A stretch of 64,000 nucleotides of DNA from Camelus ferus (taxonomy: Eukaryota): positions 40,798,001 through 40,862,000 of the forward strand of contig NC_045697.1 of NCBI RefSeq assembly GCF_009834535.1, given 5' to 3'. Each line of letters opens with the position of its first letter. Positions within the stretch are counted from its first letter, which is position 1. Below the pieces are notes generated by a model. The model did no database searches. It saw only the letters and a list, made by a program, of their open reading frames with translations, and was not told where the DNA came from. Shown here one piece after another: positions 12,771 through 27,026 of the stretch. The position numbers and the translations under genes are program-made.

Positions 12771-14956
12771 GTAATTAAATTACTTATTTTATCAACTCTG
12801 CTGAGAAGAGTTTTGTTGTATTTGAGGGTTGGTTATATATGCCCAAACCTAATTGTAAGATGGTTAGTATCTGATTGTCTTAAAGTAATAACTGGCAGAT
12901 AAGGTTACATATGAATTCTTGACTGTACGTGATTCAGGTAGTTGTAGCAATAAGCCAGTTTTTTAAAAAGCTGTAGTATGACTTATGCATTCTGAAGAGC
13001 TCGCTGAAGTATCTTGTCTATTGGTGTCTTTTTGATTCTCCCAGGCAGAATTAGTTCCTCTGTCACTTGTGTTTTTAGAGCACTTATTTTGCACTTATTT
13101 TACTATGTTGCATTGAAATTTATTTGACATATTTTGAACCCTTCAAAGACAGAGAAGTATTTTATTAGAGTTGCATCCCTAGTGCCAAGCATGCAGCTTG
13201 ATGTGTATTATGTATTTAAGTATTTGTTTTTGCATTTCATCAAATCAAAAGACACTAAATACACCTAACGTTAGTATAATAGACCATATTAGACTCTTAG
13301 AATCTAAAGCTCTTTTATTTGAGGAAGCATGCGTTTTTTTGCCTGTACTTCCCACAATTTTCAGACTTCGTATTTTCTCGAGAAAATAGTTTATGTTCAC
13401 TTATGTTCTTCTTTAGAAATATAAAGAATATATTTGTGAGATAAGGGAAAATAAATGAGGTTTATGAATTCAAGGATCAGTACTCGGAACAGAGACCTTG
13501 TACATTTGCTACTATGTAATACAATTATCAAATAAGAGACCCATGGACTAGCCTAAAAGCAACTATAAAAGGTAGTACTCTATTATGAATAGTGGGATCT
13601 TTACCTAGGTAGTATAAAGAAAGTTTGAATGTCGTAGATCTGCCTATGAAGAAGTAATTCTTCAGAATAATTAGTTTAACATGAAAAGGACTGCTTATTT
13701 ATTTTCCTTTTTTATAGGTTAATTTAACAATTTTTTTTCAGTTAAGATTTTTTCTTTTCTTGTGAATTCTGTTTTAGAAAGTCAAGGTATTCTTCAGATT
13801 CAGATTTGAATTCAAACGACATCTTGACAGCTTAGATGATATGCCAAACATACTAGACCCTCGTATACATGATTTCTTACGTGACTGCAAGAACTTTAGG
13901 AAGTAGATTTAGTGAAGGATTTGATCCTCATGAGCACGGGGTATTATTCCATTTTACAGATGAGGAAACTGAGAATTAGAGCAGGAAGGGCCCACAACAT
14001 AGCAGAGAAAGGATTTGCATCCTAATATTTTTACTTCAGTTTAGTTTGTCCTTTCATGTCGTGTTCCTAGGTGACCTATATAGCTGAAATATTAGTGTCC
14101 ACTTAAATAAAATCTAATCATTGATTGGGCTTACATTCTGGGATTGTAACTCCAGACTGTGGCACTAAACATTTGTAATTTGGGGCAGATTTCTTAATCT
14201 CTGAAGGCCTCAGTTTATTTATAAGTAATTTGGACTGGGATAATCTTTAAAGTCTCTTCCAACTTTAAATTTCCCTGATTTAAAATATTTAATTAGTTGG
14301 GAAACTGCATAAGTAGCTCTGGTTATTCATTTATGCAGTCATTCCGCAGACATATAATTGCTTTCCACGGGGCAGGTTCTGGGTTAGGCATTAGAAATGC
14401 AAACACAAATGGAGTATAGCCAGCCCTGTACTGAGAGAGAGAACTTTTAGTCTGATCTAGGGAAATAAACATATGAATAAATAAATGCAATAAAGTATTA
14501 CTGGTACTTTGATGTAATCACAAGGTATGGTGGGAGACAAAAAGAAAAGAGTGGTTATTTTTACTTTGGAAGGGACAAAAAAGGTTTTATGGAGAAGGTA
14601 ACCCCCAGTCTTAGTTTTGAATAATAGGTATTCTTCTGGGTGCCACTAAGAGAAGGGCATTCAGTTCATTTTACATTTATTGAATGCTTAGTACCTGCTA
14701 GACATTGTGCTAGTCTTTATTAGTGCATAAACCCTTAACACACCATCTTAATCTAGTTTAGATTCTGGTGACGGATAATCAATGTAATAGATCATTTCAG
14801 TACTGTATGTTAAATGAATAATAGTTACCAAAAGTTGGCTGTCGGAACACTGAGGATGACCACGGCAGGAGCATGAACATTAAGAGAATGAGACGCAGAA
14901 GATCAGGTTAGACACTGCCAGGCCATTATGCTGTTTTAAGGCTCTGTCTTGCAGAG

Positions 14957-15262
14957 CAGTGGTTCTCACTGTGTGAAGCAAGTGGTGGCCCCCTGACCAG
15001 CAACATCAGCATTCACTTGGGAACTTTTTAGAAATACAAAATTTTGGATCTACCCCAGACCTAATGAATCAGAAACTCTTGGGGTAGAGGGGTCAGCCTA
15101 ACAATCTGTGTTTTACGCTCTCCAGGTGATTCTGTACCACACCAAAGTTTTGATCTTTTTTTAAAAATTGTAATAAAATACATACAATATAAAAATTGCC
15201 ACTTTAACTATTTTTAAAATGTATAATTTAGTGGCATATGATAAAATTTTTAAGAACTGCTG
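14957..15262. mobile_element. MER5A-like hAT-Charlie element, interrupted by a short antisense L1 tail (~15155-15240)
   Basis: cagtggttctca..., gaatcagaaactct, ccaggtgattct, and the terminal gaactgctg. Confidence 0.7.
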
Positions 15263-15299
15263 ATGTAGGTAATGAAAAGCTGTTGAGAGAGTCCTTAAT

Positions 15300-15900
15300 T
15301 AGATTATTTGGTTGATAGCCCGAAAGCAAAAAGAGTACTGAGTACTAAGTGACAAGAGAAAACAGGATTTTGCAGTAATAGCTGATGAGGGCCTGCACTA
15401 AAGCAGTGGCAGTGGGAATATTGAGGGAGGGGAAGGAAGAGGTTGTTTAGGTAGGTGAGGAAGAAAATGCTTTTGAACATTTTGGTTTGAGGTGCCTATG
15501 GGACACCAAGTGGAAATGTGGCTTAGAAATGGATGTTGAAAGGCATTATGATACAGATGGAATTTTAAGTGAAGTATTGAATTTTTCCTGTGTGAGCATG
15601 GAGTATCTGAGAAATAGGCTAAAAATGAAACATAGAAAACATAGGAAAGAGAGAAATGACTGGAAACAAAAGGAGACCTTGATATTATGGAAACCAAGAG
15701 TGATAAGGAGTTTCAAAAAAAAGGGGGTGATCAACATATCAAATATTTTAATTGTGTCCCATCAGCAATTAACTTTATGAGCTTTTTAGCTTTTATAATG
15801 GCCTGAGCAAGAGCAATTTTACAGAGTGGGTGAGAGTTTTAACCACTTCTTAGTGGGATGTTAGCAAGCAGAGATAACTGATGTATCCTATTTGAGAAAT
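15300..15900 (-). mobile_element. LINE-2 fragment
   Basis: Purine-rich L2-like motifs (tttgaggtgcct.tgggaca..caagtggaaatg; ccaagag..aaggagtttcaa). Boundaries approximate. Confidence 0.55.
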
Positions 15901-16081
15901 TCAAAGGAGGGAAAAAGAAAAAGAAATTTAGATTTTTAGTACTATAATGACATTAAATGCTATCCAAATAACTCATTTTTTTGGCCATGAATCAAAATTT
16001 TGACTTTCTAAATTTTTTTCTGTACTTATTTAAAAAAAATTACTGTGATTTTTAACCTCTATTTTGTGTCCTTACCTTTAG

Positions 16082-16225
16082 GCGTGCTGTTTTGTGTAGG
16101 TGGTCGAGGTGGATCAGGTGACCCCTTTCGCAGTATTGAATGCTATTCTATCAACAAAAACAGTTGGTTCTTTGGACCAGAAATGAATAGTCGAAGGCGA
16201 CATGTGGGTGTAATTTCAGTGGAAG
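16082..16225 (+). CDS. KLHL8: KLHL8 coding exon 4 (Kelch 1; GVLFCVGGRGG...VISVE)
   Basis: tttag| acceptor, AAG|gtgggt donor, 144 nt. Kelch GG and W motifs. Confidence 0.96.
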
Positions 16226-17168
16226 GTGGGTCACTATTGTTTTAAATCACATCTCATGATCAAAATGCTCTTTTAAAATATTTGCACTTAGAGAATTTGT
16301 TTCTATAAGAAAAATCCTACATTATAAAATGTTTCCATATATCAATAAATTATTTGGGTGGTGAATATTCACTATGTGCCCATAGATGCTCAGTGTATAA
16401 TCTGCTGCATATAGACGTTAATGGGAGATGAGTATTAGGGAAAAAGCAGTTAAAATAAACTATTCTGAGTTATATTTGCAAAAGACAAACTAAATAAAAA
16501 TATTATTGAATTCAAATAATATATATCAGCTTTTTTTCCTGTACCCATCTAATTATTATTATTGAAATAAGATTTTTTTTTTTTTACTGGTTACTGGAAG
16601 TGAATTAATTGCAGAGCCATGGATAAATTGTTAGGAGACTTTAAAAAGTCACTTTTCTTCTGATTATGAGTTTATAAATGCTTTGGGGGGGAAATATGAA
16701 AACATGTTTTAATAAAAAATAAAAATCATCTGTAATCCAAACACCTAGAAATAGTTAACATTTTGGTATGGAATATTTCCAATTTTTATTTCATTTAGAA
16801 TAAAAGTTTGATTTATTGTATTAAGGGTTTTATATTTTTATATAGCATAAGAGCATTTTTTGATTTTATTAAACATTCTTTGAAAGGATGATGAGTGATT
16901 TCATTTACTAAGTAATAAAAAGTTGGGACATCTAAGGGTGGGATAATATTTAAACATTTAAATAACTTCTTGTAAAACAGCATGTCTCAGGTATTGTATT
17001 AGTAGAAACTTACATTTTCATTTGACTACTGAAGTGACGACATATTGCTGAGCAGAAGAATATGTGTTAAATTAATTTATCATACTATTTTAATTATATA
17101 TTGATATATATAAACACCATTATCAATTTATTTATTTGTAATCAAGTGAATACTTCTCTTTTTGGCAG

Positions 17169-17280
17169 GTAAAGTGTATGCAGTGGGTGGACATGATGGA
17201 AATGAACATTTAGGTAGTATGGAGATGTTTGATCCTCTCACTAATAAATGGATGATGAAGGCATCAATGAACACAAAGAG
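17169..17280 (+). CDS. KLHL8: KLHL8 coding exon 5 (Kelch 2; KVYAVGGHDG...MNTKR)
   Basis: ggcag| acceptor, GAG|gtagat donor, 112 nt. Translated by hand; absent from the ORF track. Confidence 0.95.
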
Positions 17281-17560
17281 GTAGATCAGCATGGAAATTT
17301 ATTTTGATTTGTTGGTGGAAAATAAAGCTTCCTGTAATTGAAAGGGCTAATTTTTTACTTTTTAGAAACTGTTAAAGCATCCAATGTGATACTTTTTATA
17401 ACGTTTAAATTTTTCCTGAAAATTAAGAATAGAATCATGTCTTTGAGTAAGATGATTGTCATAGTTTTCACTTACACCTCAGTGATTATTTTTTAACTTT
17501 AACTTTGAAACAATTTTAGGTTTTCAGAAAAGTTTTAAAAATAGTTGAGTTCCTATGTAC

Positions 17561-17790
17561 TTATGGTTCTCAACTGAAGATAATTTTGCTCCCTCTGGAA
17601 CACTTGGCAATGTCTGGAGACATTTTTTGCTTGTCACAACTTGAGGGCCAACAGGTTGGGGGAATTGCTGTTGGTTTCTAGTTGGGCGAGGCCAAGGGTG
17701 CTGCTGAAGATCCTCTAATACACAAGAAAGCCCTCTACAGCAAAGAATTACCCGGCCCCAAAAATTAATAGTGCTAAGACAGAAATCCTA
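17561..17790. mobile_element. MER20-like hAT DNA transposon nested in an antisense L1 3' fragment (~17490-17945)
   Basis: tggttctcaac...ttggcaatgtctggagacatttt..ttgtcacaac...gaggccaagg.tgctgct...caaagaatta.ccggcccc motifs. Confidence 0.8.
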
Positions 17791-20436
17791 CTGTATACTC
17801 TTCACCCAGCTCCCGTAATACGAACATCTTACACCATCTTAGCACGATTATTGAAACTAGGAAATTTGAAACTAGGAAGTAACATCAATGTAATGCTGTT
17901 AATTAATCTGTAGACCTTATTCAACTTTTGCCAATTTTTCTGCACATTCTTAGGCTTCTAATTGGTCTTTGTTGCCTAACTGTATTGGCTCATAATCTAA
18001 TATAGTGTGAATGGTAGCAGAGGTGGTAGATGTTTTTGTCTTGTCCTTGATCTTAATAGAAATGTCTTTAGTGTTTCCCTATTAGGTAAGATACTAGCCT
18101 TAGGGTTAAGGCATATGTATTTTAGCATGTTAAGAAAATATCTTTCAATTTCTATTCACTATTTTTTAATCATTATGAGCAGTTAATATTTAAAATATTC
18201 ATCCATAATAAATTGACATATATATTGATAAGTAGATCAATCTCTTTAGAGGAGAAAGATTTTTAGTAACATGACTTAGGAAATGTTGACTAGCTTTGAA
18301 TACCAAATTTTCAGATGTCTTAAGATAGAAGAATAGCTAATATCATATGAATAAGTCAGGATTCAATAGCATAGTACACCAAACATATTCTAGATCTACA
18401 GGCAAAACCTAAAAATATTTAAATTAGAGTTACAGGTTAAAACCTGCTTTAGATATTAAAAAAAAAATTGCACCACTACAACATGGTGAGAAGTCAAATT
18501 TGTGATTATGTTTCATATGGAAAAAATACCTGAACCAATATGAAGCACAGTTCTTAGAAAAGGAGGGAAATGAACATAATACAGTTGCCTGCATTAAGAG
18601 AAGTAAAGCCTTTGGATCAAGGGAGATTGTAGTTGTACTGTTCTTCATGCTGATCCTGTCTGTATCTGGAGCTGTGGTCTCATGTTGGGATATGCAACAC
18701 CAGTTGGAATATGGGAATAAAAAATTAAGACTTTCAATATATTTTTTTATTTCATCCTTAAATTTATTTTGAGTGGGTGTTTTATAATGAACATAACCTG
18801 TTAGTACAGTAATAAATGTTTATAATTTGAAAATGATTATGGGGGTGCACAAAAATTGATATAAATGTAGGAGTAATTTTATGGGATAGATGTAAGGACT
18901 GACATATTAGAGATCTGAAAAGCGTTCATATAAAAAATTGTTGAAGGGGTTTGGTCTGGAGACATAAGTACTTGAAGGAATATCTGGATGCTTTAAGAGA
19001 TGATGGAAGGAAGGAAATTCAGCAAATAGGGTGAGGATTTCAAAGACTGCACCTAATAATTTACATAAACCTAGATACTAGAATAATTCTGCCTCTGTTT
19101 CAGCGTGAAAATATAATAGAAGAAAGAAAAAGAGGGGTGTTAGAGTAAATATTGAAAATATTGCTTAAGAGTAGCTTTGTATACAAAAACAAAAATCAAA
19201 ACATCTTTATTAGAATTTTATTGAAAAGAAACAAACCCAAATTAACAAAACCTAACCATAAACATTGACTTACGTGGTTTGCAAACTGCAACAACATTCT
19301 GTAAGAGTTAAAAAATGACTTGTTGCCAAAGTGAGCAATTCCAAATTGAACTGCCCGCAGGGATCCATTGCCATCTAACTTTCTATTCTTGATTAATTTC
19401 ACATAAAGTGTTTTTAACTGGTTTTTCTTTATGTGTTAAAAGTATGAAAGATTAGCTGGAAATGTGAAGAGAGTTCTGCTGAAAAGAGATCTTTAGCCTT
19501 TTTTCACTCTTGAGAAGAAAGAATCTTAGGGGGAAAAGCTGGTCTTAAAATATACTACTTATCTACAAATGACATTTGAATACTTCAGTAGGCTTGATTT
19601 ATGCTCCATGGTAACTACAAATAAATAGTTTAAATTCTAACAGATGAATAAAAATGAGGGAGAAAATCCTAAAGTATATTTTTAATTTTTATATCTTTGC
19701 CTCTTTTTCATCATAAGCAGGTTTTTTAGCCAAGTATTGAGTGAATTTCTCTAGCAAAATAGTTCAGTTTCTTTAATGTTTTAAGAATATGCCCTGAGCA
19801 CTACAATAGCTTTCTAACTGTATAAGAAAAAAACATAGAACTGCAATTATTTTCTCATATTATTTGCTTGTATAATTTGTAACCCCACAAACCACTGTTT
19901 CAGTGCATCCCAAGATAATTTTCACATGTTAAGTATCTGGTTTTATTTGTTTTTTCCCCTTTTCCATCTTTCCCCTAAAATGGATACTTATATTTGCTCA
20001 AGTTGTGGTTTTACTGAAACCCATCATCCTAACAGAGCATCTCTAGGGGTCGATTTATTTATTCAACATATACTGGTTAAGTGCCCATTGTAAGATATAC
20101 CAAGTGCTGAAGATGGAGCAATAAATAAGATAGCCAGTTTCCCTATCTCTGTAGAGCTTACACTCTAAAAGTCAAGATAAAAATAAAGACATAATTACAA
20201 TGGTAATAATGTTAGCACCAGGATAAGTAAAGGATACTTGGGAGCAGAGATCTTAATGAAGTCCCATTTAACCTAAGATCAGAAGCAATAGAAGAATTTA
20301 GCCTGGTTAAGTGGGTGATGGGTAGAAGGGTGGTGGATGGAAAGTGATAAAGAGTCTTTGAAAAACTGGAGGTGAATGAGAACAGAGAGCATGAAAGAAG
20401 TCCAGTGTGTCTGAGAAATTAAAGGGAATAGTGTTG

Positions 20437-20517
20437 GGGGGAGGGTATAGCTCAGTGGTGAAGCACATGCTTAGCATGCACAAGGTCCTGGGTTCAATCC
20501 CCAGTACCTCAGTTTAA
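20437..20517 (+). mobile_element. Short tRNA-derived SINE (Vic-1-like head only)
   Basis: A and B boxes (tagctcagtgg, ggttcaatcc). Perfect 16-bp TSD aaagggaatagtgttg at 20421-20436 and 20518-20533. Sits in L2-like sequence. Confidence 0.9.
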
Positions 20518-21014
20518 AAAGGGAATAGTGTTGAGAGGTAAGGCTGAAATAGTAGGCAAAACATAAGGGTCTTTCAGGTTTGCCAGGATTTTTTATCTGG
20601 TCGGCTTAGAAATACACACACACACACATTTTTGGTAGCAGGGGAATGATAGAATCACATTTTTCTCCAGAGTTCCTCTGCTTATGAAATGGAGAAGGTA
20701 TTTGAGGAGGACCAGGGTGAAAAGTCTGGGGGACTGAAAGGGTTATTGTAATATTTCAGTCAAGAAAAAATGGTGGCTTGGACTCAGGTGGTAGAAGTTA
20801 AAGAGAAAAGAGGACATATTTGAGAGTTCAGAAGTGTACAATCAACAAGATTTTATGATAATTATATGTGGGCGGTAGAAAGAACAATAAGGTAGAGGCA
20901 ATGATGATCCTTCAGTTTCTGGCTTAAACAACTTAGTATGGATAGCAGTATGATCTTCTGCACTGGGAAGAACAAGATGGTGAATAGGATAAAATTTTTG
21001 TTTCTCTTGTGATA

Positions 21015-21575
21015 GGTGTGTTAGTTTTCTCTTGCTGTGTAACCATTTACGACAAGCTTAGCAGCTTAGAACAACATCCATTTATTAGCTCACAGTTCTG
21101 TAGGTCAGAAGTCCAGCAATTTTTACTGAGTTTTCCACTTAACGGTCTCACAAGATATCTATGTCAAGGTGTAGGCTGGAGGCTCTTATGGAGGCTCTGA
21201 GGAAGAGACTACTTCCAAGGTCGTTTAGGTTACTGATAGAATTCACTTCTTTGGGATTATAGGACCGAGTTTCTCATTTTTACTGGCTGTAGGTCAGGGG
21301 TCACTCAGCTCCTAGAAGCCACTGTGGGGTGCTTTCCAGGTGTTCTCCTCTGTCTTCAAACAAGCAGCAGTTTGCAGAATTCACCTCGTTCTCTAAGTTT
21401 CTGATCTGACTTCTGCTACCAGCTGGAGAAACCTCTCTGCTTTTATAGGGCTTGTGTGATTAGATTAGGCCCACTCAGCTAATCTCCCTTTTGCCATATA
21501 ATGTAGCATAATCATAGGAGTGAAACTTGAGGGTGAATATTGTTGGGGGAGATATCTTAAAATCTCCCTAGCACA
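21015..21575 (-). mobile_element. MLT1-type MaLR solo LTR
   Basis: Typical MLT1 text (cttagcagcttagaacaaca..catttattagctcacagttctgtaggtcagaagtcc; tgtgattagattaggcccac) with tg...ca ends. Flanked by L2-like sequence. Confidence 0.8.
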
Positions 21576-24217
21576 GGGAGGTAAACAGTGAGTTTCATTT
21601 CAGATTAAAGTTAAAGTTGAAGAGCCAGGTAGATTTAAAAAGTTAGATATACATCTGGAAATATATATCAGAGCTCTCATAAATTCATGGAAAGGATGAG
21701 ATTACCTGCAGAGAGTATAGTGTGATAAGAGGCCTTAGAGAACTTCGTAATTTAGTGATGGAGTAGAGAAGAAGGCACTGTTAAAGGAAGCTGAAAAGTA
21801 CCAGCCGGAGAGATAACGTAGAAGGAAACTCAAACATGTGATGTCATGAAAATCAAAAGAAGAGAGTTTTAAGGAGTAGGAAATAACCAATGATGTCATA
21901 TGCTCTTGTGTTCTGGGGGCTAGGAAGTGGGGGGGAATTACATGGCACACTTACTTTTGCCATGGTATATAACACTGGTATGTTCTAGAGTGCACACGCA
22001 CGTGTTCACCCACACCTGAAAGTTTATAACCACAGTATTTTGTAAATCATTGCTTACGAGGTTAAGGAGACAAAATGAATGACAACATTATCCTTAACAA
22101 TTTCTTTCCTAAGATACTCTTGGTAAACTGAAAGTTAGAATTTCAGTAGAGCAGCCCTCTCTCCAGTAATAGTAGCTAATACATAGCACTGAATATGGGC
22201 CAGTCACTATAGTGCTTTCCTTTATTGACTCATTAGGATCAGCTGTGTCTGCTCTTTCCTCAGATGAATTACAGATGAAGCAGCAGAGTAGTACAGGTTT
22301 ATACAGTACACTTTTATCCAAAGTATATACCAAGTCAGTGACGTATAAGTTTTAGAATAGATCAAATTTTATTGCTGCAGTGTGTTAAAAAAAATTGGTA
22401 TAGTTTTTTCCAATCACCATTACAGTGAATTAGCTTTTTATTATATCAGTAAGTTGGTTTATTAATTATAAACAGGTACTATACATTTCTTTATACTTTG
22501 ATACGTTTATCATCATTTGTATTATTAATTTATATGTATATTTTGACATTAGTAAGATACTAATAATAAAGTAAAATGGGTATGGGATATATAGGAACTC
22601 TGTGCTGTTTTTGAAACTTTTCTGTAATGTAAGTATCTCCTAAAATAAAAAGGTTTTGAAATTGGGATATTTTCACTGGCCACTTCTCTTCTCTGTTATC
22701 TTCCATTTCTCCAGTGTTCTCCAAATTTTCTCGTCTTGTTTCATGCTCTCTTCTACACCATATATGGGGCTCAGCTTTAATCTGTTAAGTACAATGAGGA
22801 GAAATTATGACTTTTGATTATGAGCGTGGGTTTTGGAGTCTGACTAACTGTTTTACTCTTAGCTCTGCTGTTTTCAAACTGTCTGGCCCTGAGTAAATTA
22901 CCCCTCATCAGCCCCATTCCTTACGTGTAAGGTGGCGTTGACTTCAGTATCAAACTCATAGTTGTTATCTTTTTAAAGATAGTATTTTTATAGCTCTTGG
23001 CTTATGGTACTAAACATCATAATAGTTTTTTTTTTTTCAGTTTTCTACATTAACATAGTTTCATCATTACAGGTTTTATAGACAACTACTCTCAGAGTTT
23101 GCAGAGAGGCAAGAACATGGCAATGACAGTAATGTGTAATGTGAAAATTCAAAGAAAAGACAAAGCAACTATTTGATGTTGAGATAATTGGTAATAGATT
23201 ATGTGAGATTATGAGGTTAGGGTTCAGGCAGCCCCACATCATAGTTCATTATTCAGAAGGCTCTGCAATAATGATAATAAATATCAGACAAAGAGTGAGA
23301 TCCTGGTTTAAATAATGCTTTTTTCCTTTTCTGTATCTCCTTTCTGTTTAATACTAATCTCATGAAATTTAGGCCACCTGATACAGCAGAAAGACCACAT
23401 GTTAAAATTTGCAAAATTACTGTTAATATTTGATGCAGCCCATAATCCAAAGGTCAGAGAAGGCTTAAATAACTCCCGTCATTCTCTAAAGGGGTTTCCC
23501 CAAAAAGCACTTCTGACCTCACTATTAAACTTCATTATTTGTTTGTTCTATTTAAGATTTTTAGGTGAATAATATTTCTTTCAATTCCTTGTTTTGGTAG
23601 ACAGATTTCTAAGATGGCCCCCAAAATTCCTACCCATGTACTCACAGGACTGTGAATACAATGGGATTGCACTCCTACGAATGAATTAGCTTATAACATG
23701 GGCTAAGCCTCTTCCTTTCCAGGAAGATAAATAAATGCCCTTCAGAAGTAGAGCAATGTGATACAAAGCTTGTAATATAAAAATTGATGTTATTTTGTTC
23801 GATACAATGAACTGCAACAAAATGTGGTCTTCAATTACATGAATTTAGTAATGAGATTGACTTCTGACCTCTCTAGCAAATCATCTGAGTTCATCAGCCT
23901 CTCATATGAAATTGTTTTACTAATTGAATGTCTTGGACTCCATTTATAGTATTTTGTTGGATTTTCCTTTATTATTTCATTTGAGTTTGGCATCACCTGT
24001 ATAGGCTGTGCTTCGTAAAACTCCAGAAGGTGCTGTTCATAGACTTGCAGTTTGGCAGCCCTGTAGCCCTCTGTTGAGAAGATATGATAAATCTAAAAAT
24101 AATGGGGAAAAGCCACATTGATGTTTAACATGATGAATGGGGGCATTAGCACAATTTTTTGGCTACCTTTTTTCTGGAAACAAATCAGAATGCTAAAGTG
24201 TTTTATTACTTTTGCAG

Positions 24218-24386
24218 GCGAGGAATTGCCTTGGCCTCCTTGGGAGGCCCAATATATGCAATTGGAGGTTTAGATGACAACACTTGTTTCAACGACGTGG
24301 AGAGATATGACATAGAATCTGATCAGTGGAGTACAGTGGCACCAATGAACACTCCCCGTGGAGGAGTCGGCTCTGTGGCTCTTGTG
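24218..24386 (+). CDS. KLHL8: KLHL8 coding exon 6 (Kelch 3; RGIALASLGGPIYAIGG...SVALV)
   Basis: tgcag| acceptor, GTG|gtaagt donor, 169 nt. Confidence 0.96.
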
Positions 24387-24606
24387 GTAAGTTATGTTGC
24401 AGCTTGCTCACTGGATTGGATTGTATCACATCCCCAACCAAAAAGGAAAGACCTGTGTATTCATATCTCCAGGATGCAGTTAATGATTACACCCCAGACT
24501 CTTCCATGAAATACTGCTCTCTCGCACATTCTAGTCTACCGTTAGGACAGCAGAAAATCCAATTCAGAATCTAATGTCATGTGTTTTTATTTTTTTCTTT
24601 ATTTAG

Positions 24607-24766
24607 AACCATGTTTATGCAGTAGGTGGCAATGATGGAGTAGCTTCTCTATCTAGTGTGGAGAGGTATGATCCACATCTCGATAAGTGGATAGAAGTTA
24701 AAGAAATGGGTCAGCGAAGAGCAGGCAATGGAGTTAGTGAGCTCCATGGTTGCTTATACGTTGTTG
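24607..24766 (+). CDS. KLHL8: KLHL8 coding exon 7 (Kelch 4; NHVYAVGGNDG...GCLYVV)
   Basis: tttag| acceptor, TTG|gtaagt donor, 160 nt. Translated by hand. Confidence 0.95.
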
Positions 24767-27026
24767 GTAAGTGGATGGTATTTCTCTAATTTTTTACAGG
24801 ACATAAACACAGTAACACAAATTGCATTGCATTTAGGCTCAAGTGGAGTCAGTCCTAAGATCTGCTTTTGAATTCTTAAGGTTCATATTCATGCTTTTTT
24901 GTTTTCATCTCATCTTTCATGTTTAAACTCTACCTCCATATTTTTACTAAGAGTAGCAAGTAATCTGAAGTAGGGGATTACATTTAAATAAGACATTTTT
25001 TAATGTCAGGACACAGATTGAATGTGCTTTGTTAAAATAAATATTTAAAGACCTAAGACATGTTTTTCTCATCTTCATTTCAAGGGAATTATGTTGACTA
25101 CTTTAAGCAAACTAATAGGTATTTCATATGCATAATAGCTATTAGCATCTCTGTATTGCTTTCTGACTTACTATACGGTACTTTCTCAGACTTTCATATG
25201 GAAGGAATAATCTGGCGAGGCCCAGATTCTGTATTTCTAGCAGCTCCCAAGTGATAATTGGTGCTATTTCTGGTCCACTTAACACATTTCCAATAGCAAG
25301 GTTTTTAAAGAATTATGAAATGGGGATAATAATGCCTATCTTTAAAAATTATTTTAAGACTCCAAGATGATGTATGTTAAGCTTTTCAAACTGTGTTTGT
25401 TATTTGTTACCAGTACACAGGTAGATATATTGTAATTAATAATGCCTTCCTTTACAAGAGGAGGAGATGAATTTGGAGAGGGGGTCGCTAGTGTATGTCA
25501 CACTTTCTTATGTTGATGTAAATTGGTGTTACAGAACTGAGAGTTCTTGATAAGAGAGTGGGATATTATTAGCATTTAAATGTCTGCAAATAATAGAAGT
25601 ATTACTGAGTATTTCAGTGCTCATGTGTATTAAACAAGAAGAGAAATAACAATTTACGTCTCACAGCTCCCTGCCTAGCATAGGCATTGTTATGTGTTGT
25701 ACGTCAATAGGAGTATCACTGCTGCTGTTACTTACTAAATCTTCTGGGCCCTTATAGGTAGAACAGACCTAGTAAAGATAAGACTGACTTAAGGTTGAAC
25801 CTTAAAAACAAACCCTCTTGGTCATTCAAGTCCTACTTAAAACAGGCACTACCGATTTGAATAAGAAAATTTTGAAGGTAACTTTACAGGAAGCTAATTG
25901 CATCCTGCCTTTTCTGTTCTTCTGCTTTGAGTTCTTTATTCAAAATTCGTATGTATTACCTAAGAAAGTGATAGGGGGTCCAATGAAAAAGTGGGCTAGA
26001 AAAGTATAAATACCCTGTTTTAAAAACTTAATCTTCTACATGAGCATGAGCAATAATTAAAACTAAAGCCTTTGTTACAATGAAAAAATATAGTTGTGAT
26101 AGTGATGAAATTGCTATATACATTTGTTAAAATTCATTGAAATATGCACTATGATCAGTGGATTTTTACCTCAGTTGATTAAATAAAATTAAACTCATTA
26201 GACTCATTAGAGAAGTTGACTTTGTTGATTTTTTTTTTTTTTTTTTTTTAGCTGACCTTGTTTCTAAATAGACTGGTCATAATATCAGCACTTCCTGTCC
26301 TCAGGAAAATAGGCTTAGTCACCAGGGAGAGCTGTTACTCACGTAGACTGAGATGGAGCCTAAAAAGAGACACGTTTATTTTTAAAGGAAGGAGCACTGT
26401 TAAAAGGACAGTCTCTATGTTTAACCCTCAGGAACATAATAAGTAACATTGTTGGGATGATCTATAGAGAGGACTATCATCATCTATAATATATAGCACA
26501 AAGATATAGTTTTGGCAAAAATCAGTAAGAATTCAGTCATAGTCCACCATCTCTGTAATTATGGCAATTATAGAACTAAGGGAAACAGTTGGAAAAGTTT
26601 AACTTATACCTAAAAGAGTCAGATGATTTAGTGTAGTTTATTCTCTTCTCAAGCCCTCTTGCTGTTTAAAATCTAATATATACATGTATACACCGTGAGA
26701 AGGAATCTCAGTACTGTCTTGCTTGCCTTTAGGAGTCTAAGGAAAAATTATATGAATGTTGTGGGGTTTTTTCTTTTCTCCTAAATTATCTGCTTGAATA
26801 CAGGGACTCCAGTTTTTCCCACTTTAAGATTTTTAATCCTAGTGTTGAGGAGAATTTAAATTATCTTGAATTACAGAAAATGTCTAATAGGAGTTGGTAG
26901 TAGTGATAGATGGTGGGATTTTCTAAAATGTTTTGAAAAGCTTGGTTTGTAGAAGCTATTGAATTGAGATTGAATGGTTAATTTCTGTGAAAGATAATGC
27001 TATTTTAAAAATCTTTCTTCATGTAG

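Noticed and set aside
20437..20517. Possible functional tRNA gene
   Set aside because: It has a TSD, an A tail and several diverged sister copies in the window, so it is a SINE.
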